In this document: piece by piece, positions 10,335-18,701 of the stretch
Layout: every line of letters begins with the position of its first letter
How positions within the stretch are numbered: position 1 is the stretch's first letter
Source of the DNA: Elusimicrobiota bacterium
GTDB lineage: Bacteria > Elusimicrobiota > Endomicrobiia > Endomicrobiales > JBDRNC01
DNA: 64,000 nucleotides
Assembly: GCA_043811535.1 (NCBI GenBank)
Contig: JBDRNC010000017.1
Coordinates: 128,001-192,000, forward strand
Direction of reading: 5' to 3'
The notes under the pieces: model-generated
Databases searched by the model: none
Told to the model about the DNA's origin: nothing
What the model saw: only the letters and a program-made list of their open reading frames with translations
Translations under genes and position numbers: made by a program

Positions 10335-10879
10335 CCCTTGAAAGTGTATGCCATTAGAGTAAAGTTTACGGAGATAGTGGTCTTTGCCCCTTTTGAAGTG
10401 TCTCCGCTGGCTGAGAAAGCGACATTTTTCGAATTAAGTATCCTTGATTCCTGCCCTATCTCGGCAAGGAACTGCGCAAGCGAGTGATATGTCCCGGTTA
10501 AAGTCAGTAGAAAAGGTATCTCATTGTAATTCGCCAGCGAAACGACGGACTGGGGAGAGATGTTTGAAACTTTCAAGCGATATTTCTGTGAAATTTTTGT
10601 TATAGTTTTTAACAGTACAGGTACGTCCTTATCTTTGGGAAGCATTTTTCCGAGATCTTCGACCTCCTGCTGCAGAAAGGTCATTTCCGCTTGCAGTTTG
10701 GGAAGTTCGAGCGCGCGTTGTGACATTTCGGATATCCTTAATTGAATATCAGCAAGCTTTTTTTCCTCATCAGCGTATTTTTTCCGCAGAGGAGAAAGAA
10801 GATAGCTGTAATAAATAAAGATCATCGCGATGAAGCAAACCCCCAACACGATCAGATTCTGCTGCATTTTTTTACTCAT
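10331..10879 (-). CDS. pilO: Type IV pilus assembly protein PilO
   Basis: N-terminal TM, coiled coil, LPKDKDVPVLL, GTYHSLAQFLAEI. Confidence 0.9.
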   Translation of the reverse strand: MSKKMQQNLIVLGVCFIAMIFIYYSYLLSPLRKKYADEEKKLADIQLRISEMSQRALELPKLQAEMTFLQQEVEDLGKMLPKDKDVPVLLKTITKISQKYRLKVSNISPQSVVSLANYNEIPFLLTLTGTYHSLAQFLAEIGQESRILNSKNVAFSASGDTSKGAKTTISVNFTLMAYTFKG

Positions 10880-11436
10880 GGCTGTTGTCTCTTATAGTTG
10901 AAATTTATCGTGAATGTCGAAACCGGTTTTTTTGCGTCGCCAGATGTGGATATCGCGCCGATCTCAACATTCGAAAAATAACCGCTCGCCGAAAGCGCGG
11001 TTATCATATCCGCAATAGAGTATACATCGAGAGACTGGGCCTGTAGGTCCAGTCTCATAGACAAGTCCGGCTGTATTGTCGTGTTCAGCGACGTAAACCA
11101 TACGTTGGTTGGGAGGAGTTGAAGCAGGTCTTCCATCATTTTTGGGTAGACCAACCTTTTTTCCATAAGCGTATTAATGACATTCTTTTTCGTTTCAAGG
11201 ACGGCTTTTGTCGCCTGAAGAGTTTCAACCTGCTTGACTATGTCTTCATATTTACTTAAATTCTTCTGCGCATTGTTGATATCGGTTTGCAGGCCGGAAT
11301 ACGCGCCCAACAGGGCAAAATACTTGAAAAGCCCTATAAGCACGAAAATACACATGATTATTACCGCTAGAACGATAATTTCCTTAGGTTCTTCTTTCTT
11401 AATGTTTTCCGGAGATAATAGGTTGATTCTAATCAT
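10876..11436 (-). CDS. pilN: Type IV pilus assembly protein PilN
   Basis: N-terminal IRINLL PilM-binding motif, TM, LPTNVWFTSL. Confidence 0.92.
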   Translation of the reverse strand: MIRINLLSPENIKKEEPKEIIVLAVIIMCIFVLIGLFKYFALLGAYSGLQTDINNAQKNLSKYEDIVKQVETLQATKAVLETKKNVINTLMEKRLVYPKMMEDLLQLLPTNVWFTSLNTTIQPDLSMRLDLQAQSLDVYSIADMITALSASGYFSNVEIGAISTSGDAKKPVSTFTINFNYKRQQP

Positions 11437-11438
11437 TT

Positions 11439-12566
11439 TTATTTCTTGGGAACATCATTTTCGCGCCTGGCGGCAAGTCCGACCGCGATTGCAAGCTGGC
11501 AAGCCATATTCAGCGGGACGGTATCCCCCCCTTCAACATTCTGCAGGGGATTGAATATTTCAACTGGCATTTTCAACTCCTGGCTGAAATACTTGTCAAG
11601 GTTTTTGAGGTTCGCGGTTCCGCCGCTCAAGAGGACTTTGTTTATGCTTTTCTCCGGATTCTGGGACACGTAAAAATCGATCGATCGGTGGACTTCGGTC
11701 AGCAGGTCGCGCGCGACCGGGGTTATTGCCGTCGAAACTTGCAACGCTTCTTTTTGGTTTTCCGCAAGAGTTTTTTCTTTTTCCTCAATTGTTACGAGGA
11801 GGCCGTACCGGGTTTTAAAGTCTTCGGCGGCCTTGGCGTCGCAGGACATATTTCTCTGTATCGCTTTACTGAACGAACTGCCGGAAATAAAAACATCGCG
11901 TACGACGCGAAGAACCTGGTTTTCAATGATAGCCATATTTGTGACCGTCGAACCGATATTTATCATCAGAACATTCTCGTTGACGGCCGGATCGGAATTC
12001 ATTTCGTAAGCGTTAGCAAGCGCGAACGCGTCAAGGTCAAAAACTATCGTCCGCAAATTAAGGTCATTGAGAATCTCAAGCCTGCTCTGCATTAATTCCT
12101 TTTTTGCGGCGACAAGAATAGTTTCCATTTTTTTCTGTCCTTCTTCGGTAACTTCCCCCAGAATATGGAAACTCAGATCAACTTCCTTTATATCGAAAGG
12201 AATATAAGGCTCGGCCTCGAATTGTATGGTTTTGCTCAGCTCTTCTCGTGACAATTTAGGAAATTTGACATAACGCACGATTACCTGGTTTCCGGAAACA
12301 GAGCTTACTACGTTCTTGGTCAGTATTTTTTCTTTGGCGAGAAATTCACCCAGGCGGGCCGCCGACAAGTTTTTTCTGTCCTGAGGGGACAATTCGGCGC
12401 CCGAATCGGAGAAAGTGAGAATACCCCACTTAGTAAGGCTGTATTTATTTCCTACCGGTTTTAAGTGAACGATTTTTACTGCTGTGCTGCCAAGGTCGGC
12501 GGCAAAGGAATCTTTGACTTTCAGGAAAGGCAACGGAGGTAGTTTTATTTCTGGTAATTTTACCAT
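11439..12566 (-). CDS. pilM: Type IV pilus assembly protein PilM (actin-like)
   Basis: DLGSTAVK, EAEPYIPF, INIGS, LSGG, AVGLAAR. Confidence 0.95.
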   Translation of the reverse strand: MVKLPEIKLPPLPFLKVKDSFAADLGSTAVKIVHLKPVGNKYSLTKWGILTFSDSGAELSPQDRKNLSAARLGEFLAKEKILTKNVVSSVSGNQVIVRYVKFPKLSREELSKTIQFEAEPYIPFDIKEVDLSFHILGEVTEEGQKKMETILVAAKKELMQSRLEILNDLNLRTIVFDLDAFALANAYEMNSDPAVNENVLMINIGSTVTNMAIIENQVLRVVRDVFISGSSFSKAIQRNMSCDAKAAEDFKTRYGLLVTIEEKEKTLAENQKEALQVSTAITPVARDLLTEVHRSIDFYVSQNPEKSINKVLLSGGTANLKNLDKYFSQELKMPVEIFNPLQNVEGGDTVPLNMACQLAIAVGLAARRENDVPKK

Positions 12567-12572
12567 TCAAGT

Positions 12573-12603
12573 ATTATATAACAATTTTTGTTTAATTTGT
12601 CAA
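12573..12603 (-). promoter_or_regulatory. sigma70 promoter for pilMNOPQ (probably leaderless)
   Basis: TTGACA(12603-12598)-17 nt-TATATA(AT), preceded by TGT; ATG at 12566; no SD. Confidence 0.7.
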
Positions 12604-12613
12604 GTATTTATTT

Positions 12614-12640
12614 AAAAAAAACGCATATAAGCGTTTTTTT
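12614..12640. terminator. Bidirectional-looking intrinsic terminator after pilD
   Basis: AAAAAAAACGC-ATATAA-GCGTTTTTTT; short GC stem. Confidence 0.55.
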
Positions 12641-12646
12641 GCCATA

Positions 12647-13420
12647 TTACCAGAAAAATGTTGAAAAATACTCACTTATTAATATATTCACGAAAGCGCT
12701 CAATCCCAAAAAAGGCCCGAAAGGTATATAATCTCTTTTTTCAATTTTCTTGTTCATAATCAGTATTAAACCTGCAATACTTCCCAGTATCGAAGCAAGA
12801 ATTATCGTAGCCAGCGCGCCCCGGAAACCCAAGAAAGCCCCTATACCTGCAATGAGTTTTACATCCCCGACTCCCATGGCTTCCTTTTTTGCGTATATTT
12901 TGCCCAGGAACAGCACGGCAAGAAGAATCCCGCTGCCGAGAAGTGTGCCCGCGCAGGAATTCATTAGGCGCGTTTTCCATTCAATTCCAAGTTCCGGGTT
13001 CAAGAAACTTGTTAAAATTCCAGCAGCAACAAGCAGATATGATAATTGATCGGGGATTATCTGACAGTGGAAATCTATGCCAGATATGATAATAAGGATT
13101 AATGTAAGGAAGGAAAATAGAATAAGCGCGAAACTGATATCGAAATGTATCGCGAGCAGAACAAAAGATACCCCGGTTATAAGCTCAACTATAGGATATT
13201 GCAGACTGATTCTTGATTCGCAGTGGCGGCATTTTCCCCGAAGCATTATAAAACTGAATAAAGGGATGTTATCATACCATCTGATAGGTTTTTTGCAGGC
13301 TGGACAGCGCGAACGCGGCATTACGACTGATTCATCGCGCGGCATGCGACATATGCATACGTTAGCGAAGCTGCCCAGTATGAGTCCGATTATGAAATGA
13401 AAGATATAGAATGTCGGCAT
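12647..13420 (-). CDS. pilD: Prepilin peptidase / N-methyltransferase
   Basis: GSFANV..R.P, SRCPAC...WYDNIP...GKCRHC, MGVGDVKL, IPFGPFL. Confidence 0.96.
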   Translation of the reverse strand: MPTFYIFHFIIGLILGSFANVCICRMPRDESVVMPRSRCPACKKPIRWYDNIPLFSFIMLRGKCRHCESRISLQYPIVELITGVSFVLLAIHFDISFALILFSFLTLILIIISGIDFHCQIIPDQLSYLLVAAGILTSFLNPELGIEWKTRLMNSCAGTLLGSGILLAVLFLGKIYAKKEAMGVGDVKLIAGIGAFLGFRGALATIILASILGSIAGLILIMNKKIEKRDYIPFGPFLGLSAFVNILISEYFSTFFW

Positions 13421-13467
13421 ATCAACGAAATCCCCGGATTTAATTGTGTATTAGAATCTATTATAGC

Positions 13468-13501
13468 AAAAAAGAACCCCCTCGATAAATCAAGGGGGTT
13501 C
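13468..13501 (-). terminator. Intrinsic terminator after the pilin gene; its U-tract runs into an extended -10 (TGCTATAAT) for pilD
   Basis: Minus strand GAACCCCCTTGA-TTTA-TCGAGGGGGTTC-TTTTTT. Confidence 0.85.
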
Positions 13502-13520
13502 CTATAATCAAGAGAGCCAA

Positions 13521-13973
13521 TTAGAATGCTCCCCACGCGGACGATTTTGAATCTGTGTGAGAACAATCCACCCACAGATCGCCCCATTGTCTTAGTGCTG
13601 AAACTCGGTTATTGCAGTAGCCCCATGCACCAGTGTCCGCAGTCGAGTTTGCGAGCGTGAAAACTACTGTCTTTCCATGGAACGGAGGCATGTACGCATT
13701 CGGTACCTCTTTGAGGTACTTGCCGTTTTCCATAGTAAGAAGACCGCCCATCATGTCAACTCCGGCTGCTGTTGGAATCGGGAACCAACCTTCCATTTCA
13801 CCATAATAGATTGAAACGGAACTGCGAAGTGCTCCAAGGTTGCCCTTTGTGGCTCCTTCATTGGATTTACGAATGAGGTCAGCAAACTTCGGGATAGCAA
13901 TTGCAGAGAGGATTCCGATGATAGCAACAACGATCATGAGCTCAATAAGCGTGAAACCTTTTGATTTTGTCAT
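13521..13973 (-). CDS. pilA: Type IVa pilin (probable major pilin)
   Basis: Class III signal MTKSKG|FTLIELMIVVAIIGIL with E5; C-terminal Cys pair; AGGAGGTG SD; own promoter and terminator. Confidence 0.85.
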   Translation of the reverse strand: MTKSKGFTLIELMIVVAIIGILSAIAIPKFADLIRKSNEGATKGNLGALRSSVSIYYGEMEGWFPIPTAAGVDMMGGLLTMENGKYLKEVPNAYMPPFHGKTVVFTLANSTADTGAWGYCNNRVSALRQWGDLWVDCSHTDSKSSAWGAF

Positions 13974-14000
13974 GTTTTCTCACCTCCTTTTTATACTAAT

Positions 14001-14029
14001 AATATAGCATGAAAAAGACCTTGTGTCAA
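14001..14029 (-). promoter_or_regulatory. Strong sigma70 promoter of the pilin gene
   Basis: TTGACA-17 nt-TATATT, with TG extended -10. Confidence 0.8.
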
Positions 14030-14033
14030 TACT

Positions 14034-15257
14034 TTAGTTGCTCGCCAGCGTGCTCATCTCGAACATCGGCATGAACATGGCGAGAACGATCGTTCCCACC
14101 ACGGCCCCCAACCCCACCATTATAAGCGGTTCGATCATGCTTGTAAGTCCCTTAACGGCCGCGTCCACTTCTGAATCATAGAAATCCGCGATTTTGGCAA
14201 GCATGGTGTCAAGGTTGCCTGTTTCTTCGCCTATCGCTATCATCTGGATGACCATCGGAGGAAAGACACCTGTTTTTCTAAGAGGATCGGCCATTCTTTC
14301 GCCTTCGCGTATCGCTTCCTTGGCCTTGTTGATTGCGGCTTCAATGACTTTGTTGCCGCTCGTCTTGCTGACGGTGTCAAGAGCCTGGAGTATTGGGACT
14401 CCTGATTTTATAAGCGTGCCGAGCGTCCTGGAAAATTTCGCGACGGCCACTTTTTTCAGGAGTATCCCGAAAAGCGGCAGCTTGAGGGCAACAGCGTCGG
14501 TTATCAGCATCCCCTTTTCCGTCTTTCTCCACTCTTTGAACCCGATAACGCCTCCAATGGGAACAGCCAGGATTGCATACCAAAATTGTCTTACAAAATC
14601 CGAAAGCCCGAGCATTAATTTAGTGGGAAGAGGCAGATCAGCCCCGAAACTTGAGAATATAGTTTTGAACGTCGGGAGTATGAATACGAGGAGGAAAAAT
14701 GTTATGCCGCCTGCTACTATCACGATAACCGCCGGATAGATCATAGCGCTGGATATTTTCCCCTTGAGCTCTTCGGCGGATTCAAGATAACCTGATATGC
14801 GCTCAAGTATGGTGTCAAGGATACCACCAATCTCTCCGGCTTTAATCATTGACACATAGAGTTCTGTGAACGCGACAGGATGTTTTTTCATGGCGTCCGC
14901 TATCGAAATACCCTGTTCAATATCTTCACGGATGCCCGTTATTACTTTTTTAAAAACAGGGGTTTCGGCCTGGTCGACAAGTATGGAGAGGCCCTGCACT
15001 ATGGGAACGCCCGCGGAAACAAGAGTGGAAAGCTGTCTGGAAAAAATAACAAGCTCCTTTGAGGTGACACCGGGCTTGAATGGATTGATTCTATTGAGCA
15101 TCTCCATCAAGGGGCTGGGTTTGGCTTCCTTGATTTCCATCACAATCATCTTCTGGGCCTTGAGCCGGTCAGAAGCGGTTCTCTGGTCGGGAGCTTCGAT
15201 GACAGCGGTCGTTACAGAGCCGTTGGGAAAACGGGCCTTATAACTATAATGGGGCAT
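14034..15257 (-). CDS. pilC: Type IV pilus platform protein PilC (GspF family)
   Basis: FSRQLSTLVSAGVPI, AGEIGG.LD, AMIYP, IGEETGNLD, IEP motifs. Confidence 0.96.
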   Translation of the reverse strand: MPHYSYKARFPNGSVTTAVIEAPDQRTASDRLKAQKMIVMEIKEAKPSPLMEMLNRINPFKPGVTSKELVIFSRQLSTLVSAGVPIVQGLSILVDQAETPVFKKVITGIREDIEQGISIADAMKKHPVAFTELYVSMIKAGEIGGILDTILERISGYLESAEELKGKISSAMIYPAVIVIVAGGITFFLLVFILPTFKTIFSSFGADLPLPTKLMLGLSDFVRQFWYAILAVPIGGVIGFKEWRKTEKGMLITDAVALKLPLFGILLKKVAVAKFSRTLGTLIKSGVPILQALDTVSKTSGNKVIEAAINKAKEAIREGERMADPLRKTGVFPPMVIQMIAIGEETGNLDTMLAKIADFYDSEVDAAVKGLTSMIEPLIMVGLGAVVGTIVLAMFMPMFEMSTLASN

Positions 15258-15287
15258 TTAAACCTCCGGTTAGTATGGTTATTTTTC

Positions 15288-16355
15288 TTATGCGCCTGCT
15301 TTTTGTAATATGCGTTTCAAGTCGTCGGGATCGCTAGAGGAATCTATAGCCATCTGATACGATATTTTTCTTTTTATATAGAGATCATAAAGCGCCTGGT
15401 TCATCGTCTGCATCCCGAATTTCGCGCCCGTCTGCATCGCAAGGTATATCTGTTCCGTTTTCATTTCCCTGATAAGGTTCCTGATAGCGGACGTAACAAG
15501 AAGAACTTCGGATGCGAGTATCCTGCCGCTGCCGGAAGCCAGGGGAAGCAGTTGCTGCGCGAAGACGCACTGGAGCACAAAAGAAAGCTGCGACCTGATT
15601 TGCGGCTGCTGGTGCGGGGAGAAGACGTCTATTATGCGGTTTACAGAAGAAGCCGCGTCGGTGGTATGCAGCGTGGCAAAAACAAGATGCCCCGTTTCCG
15701 CAATTGTCAATGCCGCCTGAATCGTCTCAAGGTCCCGCATTTCGCCGATGAGTATGATATCAGGATCCTGGCGCAAAACGTATTTGAGGGCGACAGGGAA
15801 CGATTGCGTGTCGGTTCCTATTTCTCTCTGGTTTACTATCGATTGCTTGTGATAATGCACGTATTCTATCGGATCTTCGACCGTTAAAATGTGGTTTGTC
15901 CGGTGTTCATTGAGAAAATCTATCATGGACGCCAGCGTCGTGGATTTTCCGGAACCGGTCGGCCCCGTAACGAGCACAAGCCCTTTCCCGAGTTTCATTA
16001 TCTCATGAATTACCGGAGGAAGATTCAGTTCATCAAATGTCAGTATGCGCTGGGGTATGGAACGGAGCGCGGCTCCGACGGAGCCCCTTTGCCTGAATAC
16101 GTTCATCCTCACGCGGCCGACGCCCTTTATTCCGAAAGAAAGGTCAAGTTCGTTTGTTCCCTCAAATTTCTCTTTCTGAGAATCCGTAAGAAGCGAATAT
16201 ATCAGTCTCTGGCAGATGTCCGGCGAAAGTTTTTCAAACTGCGTCTGTATGACTTCCCCGTCAATTCGCAGCATCGGAGGAAGCCCGGCGGTGATATGCA
16301 GGTCCGATGCCCGTTTCTCCATCAGCATAAGAAGCAAGTCTTGCATGTTCAGCAT
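15288..16355 (-). CDS. pilT: Twitching-motility retraction ATPase PilT
   Basis: Intact GPTGSGKST, LIGEMRD, GHLVFATLH and the AIRNLIRE PilT signature. Confidence 0.97.
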   Translation of the reverse strand: MLNMQDLLLMLMEKRASDLHITAGLPPMLRIDGEVIQTQFEKLSPDICQRLIYSLLTDSQKEKFEGTNELDLSFGIKGVGRVRMNVFRQRGSVGAALRSIPQRILTFDELNLPPVIHEIMKLGKGLVLVTGPTGSGKSTTLASMIDFLNEHRTNHILTVEDPIEYVHYHKQSIVNQREIGTDTQSFPVALKYVLRQDPDIILIGEMRDLETIQAALTIAETGHLVFATLHTTDAASSVNRIIDVFSPHQQPQIRSQLSFVLQCVFAQQLLPLASGSGRILASEVLLVTSAIRNLIREMKTEQIYLAMQTGAKFGMQTMNQALYDLYIKRKISYQMAIDSSSDPDDLKRILQKAGA

Positions 16356-18025
16356 CGTTGAGCTCCTCTGGTGCCGTGATCATAATTTTTTGATAACCTC
16401 ATCATTTCTTCGATAGTAGACAGCCCCGATGCGATCTTTCTCCATGCGGCTCCTCTAAGCGTCAGAATCCCTTTTTTTTCTATTGCTTCCGAGATTATCG
16501 CTTCCGACGCCCTTTCGATTATGAGCGAGCGAAGCGTCCCGTCAAGTTCGACGACCTCAAAGACCGCGATTTGTCCCGAATACCCCGTGTTGTTGCATGA
16601 CTGGCAGCCTTTTCCGCGCCAGAGGGTTATTTCGTTCGCTGATTTATCGACTCCCGCGGGTTCGAGACCCATGTTCTGCAGGACATTCCTGGCAACCTTA
16701 TAGGAAGTTTTGCAGTTGGCGCAAATCATCCGCATCAATCGCTGCGAGATGATTGTTTTCAGCGCGGACGATATCTTATACGGCTCGATACCCATGTTCA
16801 AGAGGTTCGTTATGGTTTCGACTGCTCCGGCGGAGTGAAGCGTTGACAGGACAAGATGCCCTGCAATGGCGGCGCTCATGGCAATCTCGGTTGTTTCGTG
16901 GTCTTTGAGCACTCCGATCATTATGATGTCGGGCTTATGCTCGATCGCGTGTTGAAGGGCTTTCGGATAATCAAACAGTTTTTCTTCGTTGAGCTGTATT
17001 TGCGTGAGCCCGGGCAGTATGTATTCTACTGTGTTCTCTATCGTAATGATATCGCGGTCGGGGCGGTTCAGATTGTTCAGCGTAGAATAAAGAGTCGTGG
17101 TGGTGCCGGAGTTGATCGGGCCCGTCAGCAGGATCATGCCGTTCGAAGACTCAATATTTTTTCTGAACATCGCGAATGTTTCCGGTTCAAAGCCAAGTTT
17201 GGAAAAATCCGTGCCCGGCAGCGACGGATCAAGGATCTGAAGCGTCAGCCTTTCTCCGAGGATTGTCGGTATCGCTGAAACCTTAATATGTATGTCCTTG
17301 TCCCCGATTTTTATTTTCGAGTGTCCCTGGGCAGGGGTGAATGACTGTTCCGGATCAATCCCGCCGAGTAATTTGAGTTTTTTGGCGATGCCGGATTTCA
17401 GTTGTTCCGATATAGGGGCTTGTTCGTGCAGCATGCCGTCTATCCGGAAACGTATCCGCACGGATTCGGTCTGCGGCTCAAAATGTATTTCTGTCGCGTG
17501 CAGCCGCAGCGCGCGTTCCAGCAGCGCGTTTATCTGTTCTTCGTGGGATTCAGGTTGTTTCGCGCCGGAATCAATTACCGACGGAAAGGAAAAGTATTTT
17601 TTTATCGCGGTTTTAATTTCCGGTTCGGACGCGATGACAACCTGAACATCGTAGCCGGTCATCACCTTAATATCATCTATCGCGAAAATATTGAAAGGAT
17701 CGGCCATTGCTATGGTCAGGACATTGTCGTTTCTTTCTATAGGAATAAGGTTCTGGTGGCGGGCGATGCTTTCCGGTATTGTTTTTATGACATCCTGGGC
17801 AATCTCGCCGTACTCGCTTAAGGAAACGAACGAGGCACCGCATTGTTTGCCGATGAAAGCAAGCATGACTTCTTCGTTGATCGCGCCCATCTGAGCCAGT
17901 ATCTCGCCGAGTTTTCCTCCACCGCGTTTTTGTATCTCAAGCGCGGAGTGCAATTGATCGGTTGAGATTATCCCCACTTCAACGAGGATGTCGCCGAGTC
18001 TTTTCTTAATCGGTTTAAGGCGCAT
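16349..18025 (-). CDS. pilB: PilB/GspE-family protein with MshEN domain; catalytic motifs degenerate (probable pseudo-ATPase)
   Basis: RLGDIL...KLGEIL MshEN, RIRFRIDG, CANC...CQSC; but Walker A is GPINSGTTTT and Walker B is IIMIGVLKD. Confidence 0.85.
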   Translation of the reverse strand: MRLKPIKKRLGDILVEVGIISTDQLHSALEIQKRGGGKLGEILAQMGAINEEVMLAFIGKQCGASFVSLSEYGEIAQDVIKTIPESIARHQNLIPIERNDNVLTIAMADPFNIFAIDDIKVMTGYDVQVVIASEPEIKTAIKKYFSFPSVIDSGAKQPESHEEQINALLERALRLHATEIHFEPQTESVRIRFRIDGMLHEQAPISEQLKSGIAKKLKLLGGIDPEQSFTPAQGHSKIKIGDKDIHIKVSAIPTILGERLTLQILDPSLPGTDFSKLGFEPETFAMFRKNIESSNGMILLTGPINSGTTTTLYSTLNNLNRPDRDIITIENTVEYILPGLTQIQLNEEKLFDYPKALQHAIEHKPDIIMIGVLKDHETTEIAMSAAIAGHLVLSTLHSAGAVETITNLLNMGIEPYKISSALKTIISQRLMRMICANCKTSYKVARNVLQNMGLEPAGVDKSANEITLWRGKGCQSCNNTGYSGQIAVFEVVELDGTLRSLIIERASEAIISEAIEKKGILTLRGAAWRKIASGLSTIEEMMRLSKNYDHGTRGAQRC

Positions 18026-18501
18026 TATTTACCTTTCAGGAATTTTTCAAGTTCCGGAGCGACCAGCCCTTTTATTGACCCGCCCAGGTCCGAGATCTGT
18101 TTGACAAGGCTTGATGACAGGAACGTAAAGGACACGTCCGGCATCAGGAAAACGGATTCTATGTTTTTGCTCAAGCGCCGGTTCATCAGGGCCATCTGGA
18201 ATTCATAATCAAAATCCGATATGGCCCTTAATCCCCTGATAATGACCGTCGCTCTTTTTCTTTTCAGGAAATTAACCAGCAGTCCGGAGAATGACACTAT
18301 CTGAACTGTCGGAAGATTTTTGGTTATTTTTTTCAGCATCTCAAGCCGTTCTTGAAGGGTATAAGTCGGATTTTTTATGGAATTGTCGGTAACCGCTACA
18401 ATAACTTTAGGGAACAGGTGCGTTGCACGGATTATTATATCAAAGTGACCGTTCGTAGGAGGGTCGAAACTACCCGGATATACCGCAATAGGTTGTTTCA
18501 T
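18025..18501 (-). CDS. coaD: Phosphopantetheine adenylyltransferase
   Basis: YPGSFDPPTNGH, RGLRAISDFDYE, SSSLVK; start reassigned to ATG at 18501 (MKQPIAV). Confidence 0.95.
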   Translation of the reverse strand: MKQPIAVYPGSFDPPTNGHFDIIIRATHLFPKVIVAVTDNSIKNPTYTLQERLEMLKKITKNLPTVQIVSFSGLLVNFLKRKRATVIIRGLRAISDFDYEFQMALMNRRLSKNIESVFLMPDVSFTFLSSSLVKQISDLGGSIKGLVAPELEKFLKGK

Positions 18502-18508
18502 AACAGTA

Positions 18509-18537
18509 TTTATAATATATTTTCGGGATTTTGTCAA
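18509..18537 (-). promoter_or_regulatory. sigma70 promoter for coaD-pilB-pilT (probably leaderless)
   Basis: TTGACA-17 nt-TATAAA, 7 nt before the ATG; AT-rich upstream region. Confidence 0.6.
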
Positions 18538-18645
18538 TCCGGAATATTTAAAAATATATTAAAATTTTAAACATTTTATGAAACCAAACCGGATATGCGC
18601 CTTTTTTCCGGGACAGGAAGCGGTATTATCCTGTACAGAGGAATA

Positions 18646-18701
18646 CTTCGTTACCCTCACGGGGGTGCTGCGCTACCCTCACGGGGGTGCTTCGCTATCC
18701 T
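18646..18701. repeat. About 2.5 copies of a 22-bp palindromic (REP-like) unit at the recG stop
   Basis: CTTCGTTACCCTCACGGGGGTG / CTGCGCTACCCTCACGGGGGTG / CTTCGCTATCCT. Confidence 0.8.

Noticed and set aside
16349..18025. pilB as a pseudogene
   Set aside because: No frameshift or stop, full length, overlapping both neighbours; treated as a candidate pseudoenzyme instead
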